DNA from: Octopus sinensis
Taxonomy: Eukaryota
Direction: 5' to 3'
Assembly: GCF_006345805.1 (NCBI RefSeq)
Contig: NC_043015.1
Span: 6,448,001 to 6,512,000 of the forward strand
Length of the DNA stretch: 64,000 bases
Below are positions 14,058-27,319 of the stretch, piece after piece. The position numbers and the translations under genes were made by a program. Numbering within the stretch: the first letter of the stretch is position 1; each line of letters opens with the position of its first letter. The notes under the pieces are model-generated. The model had not been told where the DNA came from. It did no database searches and saw only the letters and a list, made by a program, of their open reading frames with translations.

Positions 14058-15384
14058 ATACATACATGTAAGGACATGTAAGTGAGCATGTCTATGCATA
14101 TATTTATGGGTATGTATGCATATATGTATATACATAACTAAAAGGTAACTACGAGAAAATCACTAAAAGGGGTTAGTAGTCTGCTTTGCAATTACTTACA
14201 CATAAAGGATACGATTGCTGAGTACGATAAATTCTTTATTTGTTTTTAAAACTACTTCGTGATGGAGGATGTAAATTACAACCAAGCAGATATTCTTAGT
14301 GATATTGACTGCGGAGGTATGATAATTTAAAGAAATTTATTATTGCTGTTAATGAATTACTATGTTCATTGAAAGGGACATACTGAATTTTGTATAGGGA
14401 AATTAAATTGCACCTTCTTACTGAATTCCCTTGCATTGTTTACATTCAGGCACACGTAGGCAATAAAAGCTCATCTTTTATATGGAGTATACACACACCC
14501 AATATTGGTGACCTTGTGACAGTGCTAAAATTTGTTATTCGTATGTATTGTAATTCTTTTAGGCACTATGATTGTAGTCATATATATATATATATATATA
14601 TATGAAGTAACATGAAACGATTGTACTACACTACTTTGGATATCCTTGTTGCTTATTTTGATTATATGCATATATATATATATATCCTCATGGAAGGAGT
14701 GAACTGCTTGTATCAATTTTACAAACAAGTATCTAATATAACTGAATTTAAGTATTAAACGCCTTTTATGAATAACTTGAGGTTTGGTGGCCAGGTTTAA
14801 TCTCTAGAGTTGTTGATAAATAACCTTTCATTTATATTGTTGTTTTCTGGTTCGAAAGCCAATGTGTTCTTTTCATTCTTCTCTCTGAGTACAAATGAAG
14901 TGCGCAGGATTGATGTTATAACTTTCCCTACCTAAATGTGTGAAGTCATGCATTGCGTTAGGAATGGTTGTTGTGAATATAGTGCTTTAGATTGAAATAA
15001 ACGCGGAGAATATATCTATATGTAAAGAATACTTTAACTAAAAACGTTGGTAAATTCACGGAACGAAAGGTTTTGAAGAAAAATCAGCAAGATAAACGAC
15101 GTGATATAGGAAAAGTACTGATAAATTTACGGTAGTGAATTAATAGTAATTTAAAAAGAAAATACTGAAATGTTCTTTGAATATTCTCAGTTATATTTTA
15201 AATGATTTTCTTTCGTTCTGTTAATGATGTAATTTGAAATAGGTTTGATCACTTTACAGTCAATTAATAGAGTGTTAAATGAAGATCCGTTATCATCACA
15301 TACGACGTGTTAACATTGAAGAGATAAGCCGATTACTATTAAGTTATTCAAGAAAGTAACGTACAAGTAAAAGTTTACTACTCT

Positions 15385-15590
15385 CTGTTTCACTCCAGGA
15401 CATATAAACTGAGATCTCCATGCTGTCTGCATTACGAATTGGAAGTTAATACGTTGATACTGTTGACATCTGCAAAGCTTTAGATTGCGTGCGGCGGCAC
15501 GAACAAGAAACTGCTAGCAAAGTTGCATGCTCACACGTTTTATTCTCCTCTCATCACATGCATTTTATGCTTCTTCTCAGACCAAACGTA
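15385..15590 (+). pseudogene. Degraded CR1/Jockey-group LINE reverse transcriptase fragment
   Basis: VDICKALDCV (15462 on), then after a frameshift LLAKLHAH..PLITCILCFFSDQT; compare recalled LDISKAFDKVWH.GLL.KL..YG..P.LI.WI.SFLSDR. Confidence 0.55.
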
Positions 15591-16024
15591 ATATTGTTTT
15601 CTATAGTTTACGCTAGTACAAGTGAAATTCGGCACCACTATTATTAAATTTACAGGATATATGGAGAGCATCGGGTACATAGATCGAAATTAGCTATCTC
15701 GGTTTTAAGTAAGCAGTCTTATCATCAAAGCTGTTCAAACCACATGTATTTCCTTTATTTCAAAGAGTTCGTAAATGCGACTACTGTATGCATTATAGCT
15801 ACCTTATTTCTTTCTATGAAACTTTGTTTTATGGGAGATAGGGATACTATTTGCAGCATGACCATCCACCACGAGAAACCGCGATTACTTTATTTGAAAT
15901 TTTAATACAGTCTTTGATATTCACAAGTAACACGCTAAGATTTATCTATTGAGGAAAGATAAATGCTAAAATCAACTTTAGCAGGAATGGAACTCGGAAT
16001 GGGATGCAACTAACAAGCATAGAG

Positions 16025-16440
16025 TATTTCTTTATTGCCCACAAAGGGCTAAATATAGAGGGGACAAACAAAGACAGACAAACGGATTAAGTCGATTACA
16101 TCGACTCCAGTGCGCAACTGGTACTTATTTAATCGACCCTGAAAGGTTAAAAGGCAAAGTCGACCTCGGCGGAATTTGAACTCAGAACGTAGCGGCAGAC
16201 GAAATACCTATTTCTTTACTACCCACAAGGGGCTAAATATAGAGGGGACAAACAAAGACAGCCAAATGGCTTAAGTCAATCATATCGACCCCAGTGCATA
16301 ACTGGTACTTATTTAATCGACTCCGAAAGGATGAAAGGCAAAGTCGACCTCGGCGGAATTTGAACTCAGAATGCAGCGGCGGACGAAATACCAGAGATCA
16401 TTTCGCCCGGTGTGCTAACACTTCTGCCAGATCGCCGCCT
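16025..16440 (-). mobile_element. Dimeric family-B SINE (B2 tail) with 12-bp TSD
   Basis: Two tandem monomers joined at gacgaaatacc|tatttcttt (16208/16209); perfect flanking direct repeat acaagcatagag at 16013-16024 and 16442-16453. Confidence 0.9.
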
Positions 16441-18569
16441 TACAAGCATAGAGAATTGTCACAGGCTCCTCAGTTAAGGATAAATGTAGCGTTATTCATC
16501 TATAAATGGCGGTGCCCCAGCATGGCCACAGCTCATAAGCTGAAACTAGAATCGATCAATCAGACTATAAGTATTATTGTTACTGTTTACAGTTGCATGG
16601 CTCCTTAGGACGTCTATATTCTTTTGAATGTGTAGGTTTCATCATTCAAATGATTATCGTTATTTGGCCTATATGCATTTCTAGCGTAATACTTGAAATA
16701 TCGACTAAAGTTTTCAAATACTCATGTAACTTGTCAGCATAGGAGCATTTACATCGTTGCATTTAAATTTTCATCAAATCACATCCTGGTATCTAAAACG
16801 GAAATGAGATACTGGATGATTTGGTCCTAGAAATACAGAACTTGTTTCATCATACATCGGCTTTATCGTGCTTCTTATGGGGTAAAATTACAGCAATAAC
16901 ACGTCAACTGTTTACAATAGATATTCTCAGTATAAAATACTGTGTACTGGTAAGTAATATCTGTTGATAGATGATGGAGACAAACATCTAAGAAAACTAT
17001 GCCATCAAAAGCCCTCAAATATTTTAAATATTTGGAATATGTTTAATTCTGTGAATAAGAGAGAAAGAATGATATTGTATTTGAAAATATGTTTGTTGGA
17101 GAGCAAACATTTATTTTCACTATGATAAAAGCTTCGTTCTGACCGATTCATTATACTTCCCTTCATCATTCGTAATGATGAAGGAAACGATTTGAATAAT
17201 TTGTATCAAAAAAATTCCTCTGTTTGTAATATTTGTTACAAATAAAGAAAAAGAAGGACAGATAGGGGGAGATACAGAGACAGAGACAAAAGCAGAGACA
17301 AAGAAAGGACAACTTCAGTAAAAGTGAAACGAACAGTAGACAATTCGTTTGGGTGTGACGCCATTTTCCGTATCGATCCTTTAATATCAGTGTAATTTAT
17401 TACGCTAAATTTGCATTTGACAAATATCTCCAACATGGATGTTCGTTAGTAATAGAAAACATATGTAGTATATTTGTAAAAAGTACATTCTGTGTGTAAG
17501 CAAACACAGACACTGAGTCTGTTATCGTCAATATTTTCAACTTTAATTTAAATTCTAATTTCTCTGTTTGTATTTAGTTCGACCAGAAATACGATACTCG
17601 TGTTTTGAATTTGTTAACATCGTATGAATATTCATCAAGGCTCTAATCGTTACATTTAATTACAATTTCACAGAGGGTCCATAACGGCGGAATCAGACAG
17701 TTATGTATCTTGTTGTGTTGCTTCTTATCTATTTATTTTTCAATTCGAGTCCCACCGGGGGCTGTCTTTACTTTAAATCGTTTTGGGAAGGTCAATAAAT
17801 TAGTACTGCCAATAATAGACTAATTTTCAGTATAAGCAACTGTACAAAATCCATTATAAATTGCTGAAGAAAAACGAAAATTAGCATATCTGCTTTCTTG
17901 TCTTGAACTAGATCAATTTAAACAGAGACACACACAATTCTTCATTATTTAGATTGCTATCAATATTCCTCCCCAAAATTTTCGGATTCTTCCTGAGAGA
18001 GCGAGTCTGCGTGCAACTTTATATATGTGTGTATGTATCGTATCATGCAAACAAGGAAGTAATATTTTGAATGCAGTATAACCGTGAAAACAGCAAAAAT
18101 ATTTGGATTATTTACATTTATATGACGGGAAAAGTCATCAGCAGACAGCCATTGAACTCGAACCCACACCTCCCAGATACCGACTGTGTGCTCTATAGAA
18201 TAAACTAAACAATCTGCTTAGAACAAACGCCTACCAAATTTAAGCACTACATACGCAGCTTATTTTCAAATACAACATATTGAAACAAACTTTCATTCTT
18301 TTTTCTCTTTTATTTTCTTTTTTTGAAGCGTTATGATACGATACATATTTAATGCTTCTGAACGCAAAAACCGAGAAAAAAGTATGTGTAGTCGTACATA
18401 TGTATACGCACGCGTGTTTTACGTTTTCATACATATTATTTCGCTACATGTAGCTGTTCTTGGACCTACACAAGCAAAAATTAGCAATGTCGCATTCCAA
18501 ATAATTCCTTCTTCGCTAGAATGAATCTGCGGAAACGTCATAGCTATTTTGAAATGGATATATATATAT

Positions 18570-18611
<42 letters not shown>

Positions 18612-18864
18612 GATATATTGTACTATATTATATTATATTATATTATATTATATATCATGAAGATTCAGGAACCGTCAATTTCATAGATCTCGCGGATTGA
18701 ATCTTTTGTAATTATTACTGAGAAAATAAACGTTGGGTTATTTCCAAAAGATCTTGTAACTATAGTTTCACGATTTTGGCATTTTGTCCATTTCACTATC
18801 CTTGCGAAAGTATCATAACAATATGATATTAACTCCAGTTTCAAATTTCATCTTATCAAACAAT

Positions 18865-18917
18865 AAAATTCTCCAGGAAATCAAGTGTCAATGCCATTTA
18901 GTTTCCTGGAGAATTTT
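18865..18917. other. 16-bp perfect inverted repeat hairpin with a 21-nt partly pairable interior
   Basis: aaaattctccaggaaa (18865-18880) is the exact reverse complement of tttcctggagaatttt (18902-18917). Confidence 0.85.
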
Positions 18918-20404
18918 CAATCAATTCTCTTGTGGTGGTTTTAACAAATAAAGTCGAGTGTATTGAAGAAATAAGGAGCCGATTGTTTGTGCTTAGTGTA
19001 TTACTCAATTGTTCATTAAGAATTAAGAAATACGAGGAATGAACTTAGACTTTAGAAAAGGACCCAGATTTTCGTTTTGAATGCAAATAAGCACACACAC
19101 ATATTGTTAAAAGCACTATGATATTTCTCTCTCATGTTGATTAATCCACTATGGTCATTCAGTCGGAAATGTTATAAAAGAGCGTATGTTTTGTTCCAGT
19201 TTAAATGAATCGAAAATTCTCTATGACTTATAGTTTATATTGTTCGTCGTGATAATGGTGATGATGATGATGATGATGGTGACGATAATGATAATAGTGA
19301 GAGAAGATGGAAGAAAAGGAAGAAGAGGAGGAGGAGGAGGATGGGGGAAGAAGAAGAATAGGAAGAAGAAATGGAGGATAAAGATGGGGTCCAGGAGTGA
19401 TAGTAGTTGTAGTTATTGCGGTAGTAGTTTACGTAGTTTCTGTTGCCATCAGTGCCTGATCAGTGATAAATTGCGTTAGAACCAAGCGCTTGACATAATG
19501 TGGCATCTCCCTCGCTTTCTCTGTCTATCTCTCTCTCTCTCACACACACACTCTCTCTCTATATATATATACATGCATACATACATAGTAGTAGTAGTAG
19601 TAGTAGTAGTTGCCATTGCTGTTCTGGTTTGTGGTGGCCGTGGTGGTTGTTAGCTCCAGACCAGCTCTACATCATTTATTATTTTGAACCTGCTCTTCAC
19701 CAACATGTGATAAAGCCGTTTTCATTACAAGTGGCCTAATATGATTGCATTGCCCAGTTTATCGTTACATATTTTTCATTCTTTTGTTTGAAACAATAAG
19801 AATGTACTTGAAGGCCTTTTTGTTCTTATTTTGAAGAGGTTCAGTAACAAATGTCAAGTAGGTATATTGTAAAACAGAAATTTGAGTGCGAATCCCGATT
19901 TTCATTTTAGAAACTTGCACATTTGGACTTTTGGAGCGTCATCAGAATCTTTAGATGTGCAAGAAATAGAAGCCAAATCTTACACGAATGCAAAGGCAGC
20001 TTAGGGATTCAGAAATATGACACATGACATTCTAATCCTAGTTGCACTATGAGTGGGAGATTAAATAAGATGGGTGGGAATCTGTGAAATAATTTGGGAC
20101 AGGACTAATGTTACATCCATCAACAAAAATTTCAACCACGAAAACATGCGTTACAGAAATTGTGGATATTTATATAATTACGAAAGAGACCAGAAACTGA
20201 GCATTAGTTCCCGTTTTATGTTTGTGCATTATTCAGTTTAGCTCTTCTACGGTCATTTCAAAATTTATATTGATTGTTTAAGAAATTAGTAACAGAACTC
20301 CATACCATCCGTGAAGGAGCTCCGTCGGTTTTCACAGTGAATATTAAATTGTTCGATCAGCTGAACTACATTCTTAAGTTAGCACGTAAGTGATCAAATA
20401 TTCA

Positions 20405-20535
20405 AGTGACAGTTGTGCTCTTAATATATCATCCCAAGCAGAACCAGCCTGCAAAAGTGAAATACAGGTAGATCCATCTGAAAGGCTTTCCTCGTTTTCC
20501 GTCTCTTTTATTTACAATGACTGATCGTCCAGAGA
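20405..20535 (-). mobile_element. Ancient SINE relic resembling the Deu/Nin central domain
   Basis: Minus strand aaagagacggaaaacgaggaaagcctttcagatgg...ttgcaggctggttctgcttgggatg resembles the recalled Deu-domain core AAAGAGGCAGAAAACTGGGAAAG...CTGCAGGCCAGCTCTGCCTGGGATG; by-eye match only. Confidence 0.55.
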
Positions 20536-20978
20536 CTACGGTAAATTACAGACATTCAAGAAAGCGTACTGTTTAAAATCGAAACTGAGATATGATGATC
20601 GAGAAACGAAATTCTTTACGTATTCCTGCATGTTGCTTCCCTTATACCAATAATACACAAACATTCTTTTTCAATAGTTCGTATCTTCTCGTATAGATAA
20701 TCCAAAGCAATTTATTTAATCATTTTCTGGCAATAGCACCAAAATGAAAACTGAGAGGTGAACTAAAAAACATCACTTGTCACCACATTTCTTTAGTTAT
20801 AAACAGTTGAATACTTCTAAATATTTTTCTGGCATTAAAATCTCCCTTCTGATTTGTTGAGGTTCTGTAGTCAGGCCTTAGATATCTTCAGAACTGTGAA
20901 ATAATTCCACCAGCGAGTATGAAAAAACAGAAACTGTGAATGCCAGAGAGCAATGAGGTACTTCAATCTTTAAAAAAA

Positions 20979-22026
20979 TGATAATTGGAAAATGCTTCGT
21001 GGTTTTCCATTGCAATTACATTGGAAGTATATAAAGGCTTTTGGATTATCAAAAGACACGCGTTAGCACAAAGGTGCTCACAGAATATTGAAGTGTAAAT
21101 CCTTGCTTATGGAGCCGTGAAATCGAATTTTCCTTCACATGGAAATCCATGTACAAAACTATATCAGAATAAATGTATATGCGTCCTAAAACTGAATACA
21201 TAGCATAAACGTACTGCAGATAAATGCAAAGAAGAGATAAACTGAGTTAATTTTCGAAAAATCTTCGTGCCTGTCATCTTTAGGAATCCATTGCAGACGT
21301 CATTGCCATTTAATACGTATATCAGTTAACTTTCATATAAAGAAAATTCCTTGAATTTCTCAGCGATAAAAATATTCATCACGCAAGCGTATTCTCTGTC
21401 GCCTCGTACGATTTCATAGCGGAAATTATGGCGTTGCTCGATCAACTCGTTCATTGTGTATGTAAATTAGATATATTTCATCTCATTAGGGAACCCTCCT
21501 CGTGAAATGAAGTATCACTGGCAACTCTCATGCATGACTGGCTCAGGTTTGACTTGCTATTAATATAATCCCATGGCAGCAATTCCAGAATATCTTTAAT
21601 TATCTATTCTACAACTAATAACACCTCTTGCTCGTCATGCCTTCACTTTCCATTACAACTTATCGGCTTTGATACGAGTTGAAGTTTTAACATTCTTTAC
21701 AAAAATAAGGGAATTCCGCAGAAGCTGGTTGGTTACATTTCGCTTAGAAAATCTGAAGGTAAGGTTGATACAAAATTATAACTTGATAACAGTAACTTAT
21801 AATTTATTTTATCAAAGAACAAAAGCTATTGATTTCCTGTTGATTTCCTAAATCAATAACCCTGTCAACCTTCATACAGCCGAAATCAAAGAAACAAAAC
21901 AAAATTAATATTTGTGCACAAATATCTGAAAGATTGTACAGACTTATAAATTGATAATTGGGGAGTAACGATTTTTCATTCCAATTACATTGAAAAGATA
22001 AAAGGCTAGTGGATTATCAAAAGACA
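20979..22026 (+). repeat. Diverged ~78-bp direct repeat pair (20979-21058 and 21952-22026)
   Basis: Both copies share tgataattgg...tttt(c)catt.caattacattg.aa...aaaggct..tggattatcaaaagaca. Confidence 0.8.
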
Positions 22027-24649
22027 AAAGGCTTGAAAATTATCAACTGAACAATGAAAGGAAAAAAAAAAGAAGCAAAAATACAAAAAAAAAACGAAAC
22101 GTGAAAGAAACAAGTCATAAAGTAAAATATAATACTGGTATATACTTAGTTGAAATCGACTGAATTGTTGATTGTTCGGAATGTAATGAATTAACGTGTT
22201 AATTAGTTACTAAATATGAAACAATGCACGTGTGTAGGGTGAACCTAAGGTTAGTATATTATTCATTGAAAATATATATTTTCTGTGTTACTTTTATATA
22301 CGAGATACTTTTCGCTCTTAAGTAGAATAGAATTATTGCCAATAATTCATCATATTTTGATCAATGATTTCAAAAACTAACGTGCAACAATCTATCGACT
22401 ATAAAAAGCAATATGTACGTCAATATTTACGATCACATTCTCCATTTTGAATTTGCGTATTGTGTAAGACAGCCATGGGTGAGGGTTTGGTTGTGCGGTT
22501 ACGAAGTTTATTTCACGGCCACGTGATTCAAGTTCATCGTTCGACCTCGCAAGGCATTTATCAACCACAATCAACTGCACCATATACATGTCCAAAACTG
22601 TTAGAAAATACGATCAAGGAGAGATCTCTTGGCAGTTAAACTAACTTTAACTACACGGTCATTTCCTAGAAAACAAATGGTAATCGGATAATGTATAAAT
22701 TCAAAATGAATTATTGCTAATTAACAGATATTTCAATCACACTGATATGTTATTTCAGGGTTGTTGAAAAGAAAATAGGAATGGCTTTAGTTATACTTGC
22801 TTATCAGAGACCATCAAATATTTGGGTTATTCTTGATGGGACTCAAAATTACTTGCTAGTAACACTTCACACCAGTCAATTTTACCACAATGAGGGATAT
22901 CTATATAGTTGCTGGACCTGCTAGTAACAACAGCAAACTGTCCTCAAATCACATCCTCAAATAAAATACAGCAATGACAATTTCATGTTAGACAATATAA
23001 TCTTACTTCAAGCTATATAAAAATCAGGAATTGCTACAGTTGGGAAATATTTAATCTTAGATACGCTGAATCAACGCAAATATTGGGATAGATAATAAAT
23101 AAATAAATAAATAAATAAAATATAAAGTAACTAAACATATGAGCCCAGCTCCTACTACAAAGAATTGCACATCGACTATATATTATTGCTTTCACAGGGA
23201 ACAGCTTGAAGCATTGTATGCTTATATTCCTATTTTTTCAATATATGAATCTTTCATATCCATAGTGTTTATAGATATGATACAACCAATTAAATCAACT
23301 TAGTGTAATACTGGTGATTTTTTTATTGATCACGGAGGGATGGGAATCAGAATCGATTCTTTTGCCGAGTCGATCCTGAAGTAACTAAATGTCTAATACT
23401 AATTCAGGAATATCAATATTGAAAATGTTTCGATCGGCGATCAACTTCTTACACAGAACTGACCACAGACATTCTTGCTTCTTGGATATATTGAAATATT
23501 CGGTTGTGAAAGTCACAACATAGAACATGTATAATATAATGTTATACGATAAAATCAGTCAGCGGGAATATAACTTTGTTTACAGTCAATGATATTTAAT
23601 AACAGCTAAAAAATGGAGCTTTTATGTGGTTGAACAATCTACTAGAGAAGGTAGCAATATATTTTTCAAAAACAACCCCAACATTCTTGAATGTTTTCAG
23701 GACACATTACGCTATACAAAAAAAAAAATGTGTGTTTAAGCTTCCATGGTGATCACAGGTCTCTGTTGTTTCAAGCCGTGGGCTAATCAAAAACAACAAA
23801 ACATTAATAAAACTAGGAAATACAACAAATGCTGTAGGGAACCACTATACAATTATTGATACATACTTAATATACAAAAGGCAGATATCAGGGAGGAAAC
23901 TATATACCGATAATATACTAAAATTTGAATCTTGTACCTACTATTTGAATCTTGTATCGCGTACCCCAACCTGGAGGAATGGTCAAATTCGGTTATAAAC
24001 CCGTTATGAAAGTGTAAGACGTTAAATAGCCAAACCACATTCGAACTCACTGTCTCCTGGAGACGCTAAAATATATCATCACACAAAATCGAATATGCAA
24101 CGGTACTTAAGCTAGAAACTACACATTAGACTAGTTCGATACTCATGCTCAGTAATATTCTGAACATTTATAATGCTCTAATATATCGCATGTTACAGTA
24201 CTGCTCGTGTACACGAGTTAATGGGCTAATAAACACTAAACACAGAACTCAACGCATGGAAAAGAGGATCACTCGGCTTATTAGTTAGGATTCCATTATC
24301 AAGTGGTTTACAAAGAAGACACCGAAAGAGCCTCAAAATAGTAATTTGGCCTCACAGAAATAGCAGTCAAGGGCTCACAGTATCAGACACAATTCTCATG
24401 GCAAAGAAAAGAATACAGATGATCATAAAAATTGAGAAACAATAGCGTATATTGAAAGTGTTACTCGAAGATGCATTTTCAGAGAACAAATTTTGAAGGT
24501 TATCATTGTTGCTTATTGGTTAACGCAAGGAATTGAAATTGAGATATAACTATATAATACTGCACAACCTTCATGTACATCTATCTACCTACCTACCTAT
24601 CTATCTATCTATATGAATATATTTATATCAGTCCCTATATACATATATT

Positions 24650-24860
24650 CTTTTCTACTCGAGGCAGAAGGCCCGAAATTTAGGGGAGGGGGCCAGTCGA
24701 TTAGATCGACCTCAGTACGCAACAGGTACTTAATTTATCGACCCAGAAAGGATGAAAGGCAACGTCGACCCCAGCGGAATTTGAAATCAGAACGTAAAGA
24801 TAGATGAAATACCGCTAAGCATATCGCCCGGCGTGCTAACCTTTCTCCCAGCTCACCGCC
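24650..24860 (-). mobile_element. SINE family B (B1 tail)
   Basis: ttttctactcgaggcagaaggcccgaaatttt...ggaatttgaaatcagaacg...gctcaccgcc; homologous to the other copies. Confidence 0.92.
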
Positions 24861-24983
24861 TATACATCTATTTACATTCATGAGCATGTGTACGTATGTA
24901 TAGTGTGTGTATGCGTGTGCATAAACATGCATACAAAATACACATACATACTTACATATATACATGCATACATATATATATAT

Positions 24984-25020
<37 letters not shown>

Positions 25021-25021
25021 T

Positions 25022-25335
25022 GTTCCATGCTGATGGATAACGAACCCCTTCGGTCATGGATGACCTTGAGATTGCACTTAGTTCCCTTCCAAGACATAGC
25101 TCAAGCCAAGATTCTTTATGGAAAAATAGCAGTCACCCATGCATGCCAGCCTCACCTCTCAACGCCACCGATGGAAAGGCAACCAAGGGAAAGGCAACGT
25201 CCGATATAGCTTATCACCGTTGACGTCACAACTCATTTCTACAGCTGAGTGTTCAAGAGCATAATACACAACCCGGTCCGGGAATCGAACTCACTACCAC
25301 ATGCTTGTAAGTCGTACGCTCTAACCACTGAGCCA
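25022..25335 (-). mobile_element. tRNA-derived SINE (family D-related head, different 3' body)
   Basis: Minus strand: tggctcagtggttagagcg (A box)...gagttcgattcccggaccggg (B box); no cloverleaf 3' end, and the head continues into ~250 bp of repeat body. Confidence 0.75.
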
Positions 25336-26299
25336 AGTAACCAATAAGAATGGATGTTTCATAACTATATTTGATTATTTTACATTCTTTTCTATGGTGT
25401 AAAAAGAAAATGCTTGTCTATAAAAGACATCACTTTACAGCAGTTTTGCTAGTGTTTCTTTGGTTACTGTTTATCTTGGAAATATTTGAAAAAAATACCA
25501 AGCGTATGTGAATGAAGTAGACTGATAATTTCGCGAAAACATGTCAAAGAAACTGTAATTTATCAATATAGCTTAATAAGGGAGTTTTGGAAAAGCGAAA
25601 CAATGTTCGCTAGTGTGTGCGTGTGTTTAACCAACATAACACTAATATTGTGAAGTTGTGAAGAAGTCTAAATATAAGCGTTAATATCAATGATAGAATA
25701 CGCAGTTTGCTTTCTGAAATCTTTTCTTCAAAGAAGAAAACAATAACGTTATCGCCTTGTAGAGTCTTATTTAATAAACTCTTGAATAAAATATGAGTTT
25801 TGTTCTGTTTTTATTCTTTTTGATCTGTGTGATAAAAGAGAATAACCAAAAACTGAAATATTCGATGTTTTTCCAGAACAGATTGACTGGCGCACATTTT
25901 TGTTGGTTCTCAGACGCTATTAAATTAGAACGAGTATTGATACTTGTATGATTTATCTTATTGAAACTGAAGCAGCAATTTTTCCTCGGAATTTATAGAC
26001 GAGGTGATAACACAGGGTAGCAAAAGATAAATAAAAACGAGTAGATGCTAATTATCATTCTTTAACAATGATCGTTGTCACTGCATCATCAAACACATCG
26101 CAGTTCGTTTTAGCTTCTACGGTAATATAATGAAAATAGATGAATGAAAATAGGATATTTCCTTCTAATCGAAACTCTTTCATAAATTTCACTATATAAT
26201 GATTAGAGATTAAATCACAGGATCTGCATAACATCGAACTCAAAATTGTGCGATGCAAAAAGGTTTACAGATGCAACACCGGGTATTTTACCATCATTA

Positions 26300-26525
26300 A
26301 ATAACACCAAAGCTTGAATGCATTAATTCTCTTCTGGTCAGCTTTCTTTAGTGTCCAGGTCTCGCATCCATATGTTGCTATTGGGAAGACGATTCTATTC
26401 ACCAATCTGCATTTGGTAGCGAGTCTGATATCTCTACTCTTCCAGACCTTGTTCATGCTAACCATTGCCTCTCTGCCTAGCACTATCCGCCACCTTATTT
26501 CTGGAGGGCAGTTACCATCTCGATT
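26300..26525 (-). pseudogene. RTE (BovB-like) LINE ORF fragment, post-RT C-terminal region
   Basis: ORF track: DGNCPPEIRWRIVLGREAMVSMNKVWKSRDIRLATKCRLVNRIVFPIATYGCETWTLKKADQKRINAFKLWC, the typical RTE EI.RRI......W....I...TK.RL....VFP...YGCETWT....D...I.AFE.WC motif; truncated on both sides. Confidence 0.88.
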
Positions 26526-27185
26526 TCGCAATATTAGATGTGGAAACCTATATATGAAATTTTGAAAAGGCGGTATTGTCAGGTAGGGTCATATTTTGAT
26601 TGTAATGCTATCATTTGCAAACAACCCCAGGATAAATGCCAACGTAAATAAATGTTTGAATGTGAGGAATGTCTAAAACTTTTGTGCTAGAGGGAAACGG
26701 TATGGAAGAATTTTTCCCACCCATGGTGTAGTTGCTCTTCCTTATGTTTCGACTAGTCCTGTTTGAGCTAACAGAAGATATTCCACGCAGGACTATCTCG
26801 CCTTTAGTAATTTGGCACTTCCTCACGTGAGATAATAAGTAATTTTCGAGAGATTATGCTGCGACGTCTAGCACTACACGCTGCCAAATCTATAACGCTG
26901 AAAGGAAGTTTGTCTTCCAGACACACGTAGCTGAAGTAAAAAGCGTTATACACAATATATTATTGAAACAAAGTTCCTTTCTGTGGCCAACGGATGAAGT
27001 AGATAGATATTCGTATATATTTATATGTAGTAATCACTCTCTCTGTTTACCTACCTACCTGTCTGTCTATTTAGCTAGCTATTCTTCGTATAATTGTGTG
27101 TTTGTGTGTGTTAAATTTATATGATGCAATGTATTATTTCAAGTGTCTTGACAATTTCTTCACCTTATTCAGTAGACATTGATGC

Positions 27186-27319
27186 TGTTGTGTGGACGCC
27201 CCCAGACGATGAAGTAGACTAGCCCAATACGTAGATATACTGGGAGAGACCTAGACGTCAGGAGAGTAGAGGAGCAGGATAGAAGTTGAGTAGAGGTCAT
27301 CCGAACGTGCGACATAACA
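27186..27319 (-). mobile_element. Short solo-LTR-like element (134 bp, TGTT...AACA ends), copy 1
   Basis: Reverse-complement homolog of 29852-30012; flanks gatgc (27181-27185) and gttgc (27320-27324) give a 4/5 TSD match. Strand is relative to copy 2. Confidence 0.7.

Noticed and set aside
25270-25335. tRNA genes at SINE heads (also ~13990-14057, ~18140-18215, ~27975-28044)
   Set aside because: They have A/B boxes but no acceptor stem or complete cloverleaf, and most continue into repeat bodies.
25877-25923. Acceptor-like ttttccag followed by QIDWRTFLLVLRRY*
   Set aside because: Only ~15 codons with no donor before the stop and no supporting neighbouring exons; too short to trust.
26652-26690. 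MFECEECLKLLC resembling a C2H2 zinc-finger start
   Set aside because: A stop follows immediately, and there are no histidines, linker or neighbouring fingers.
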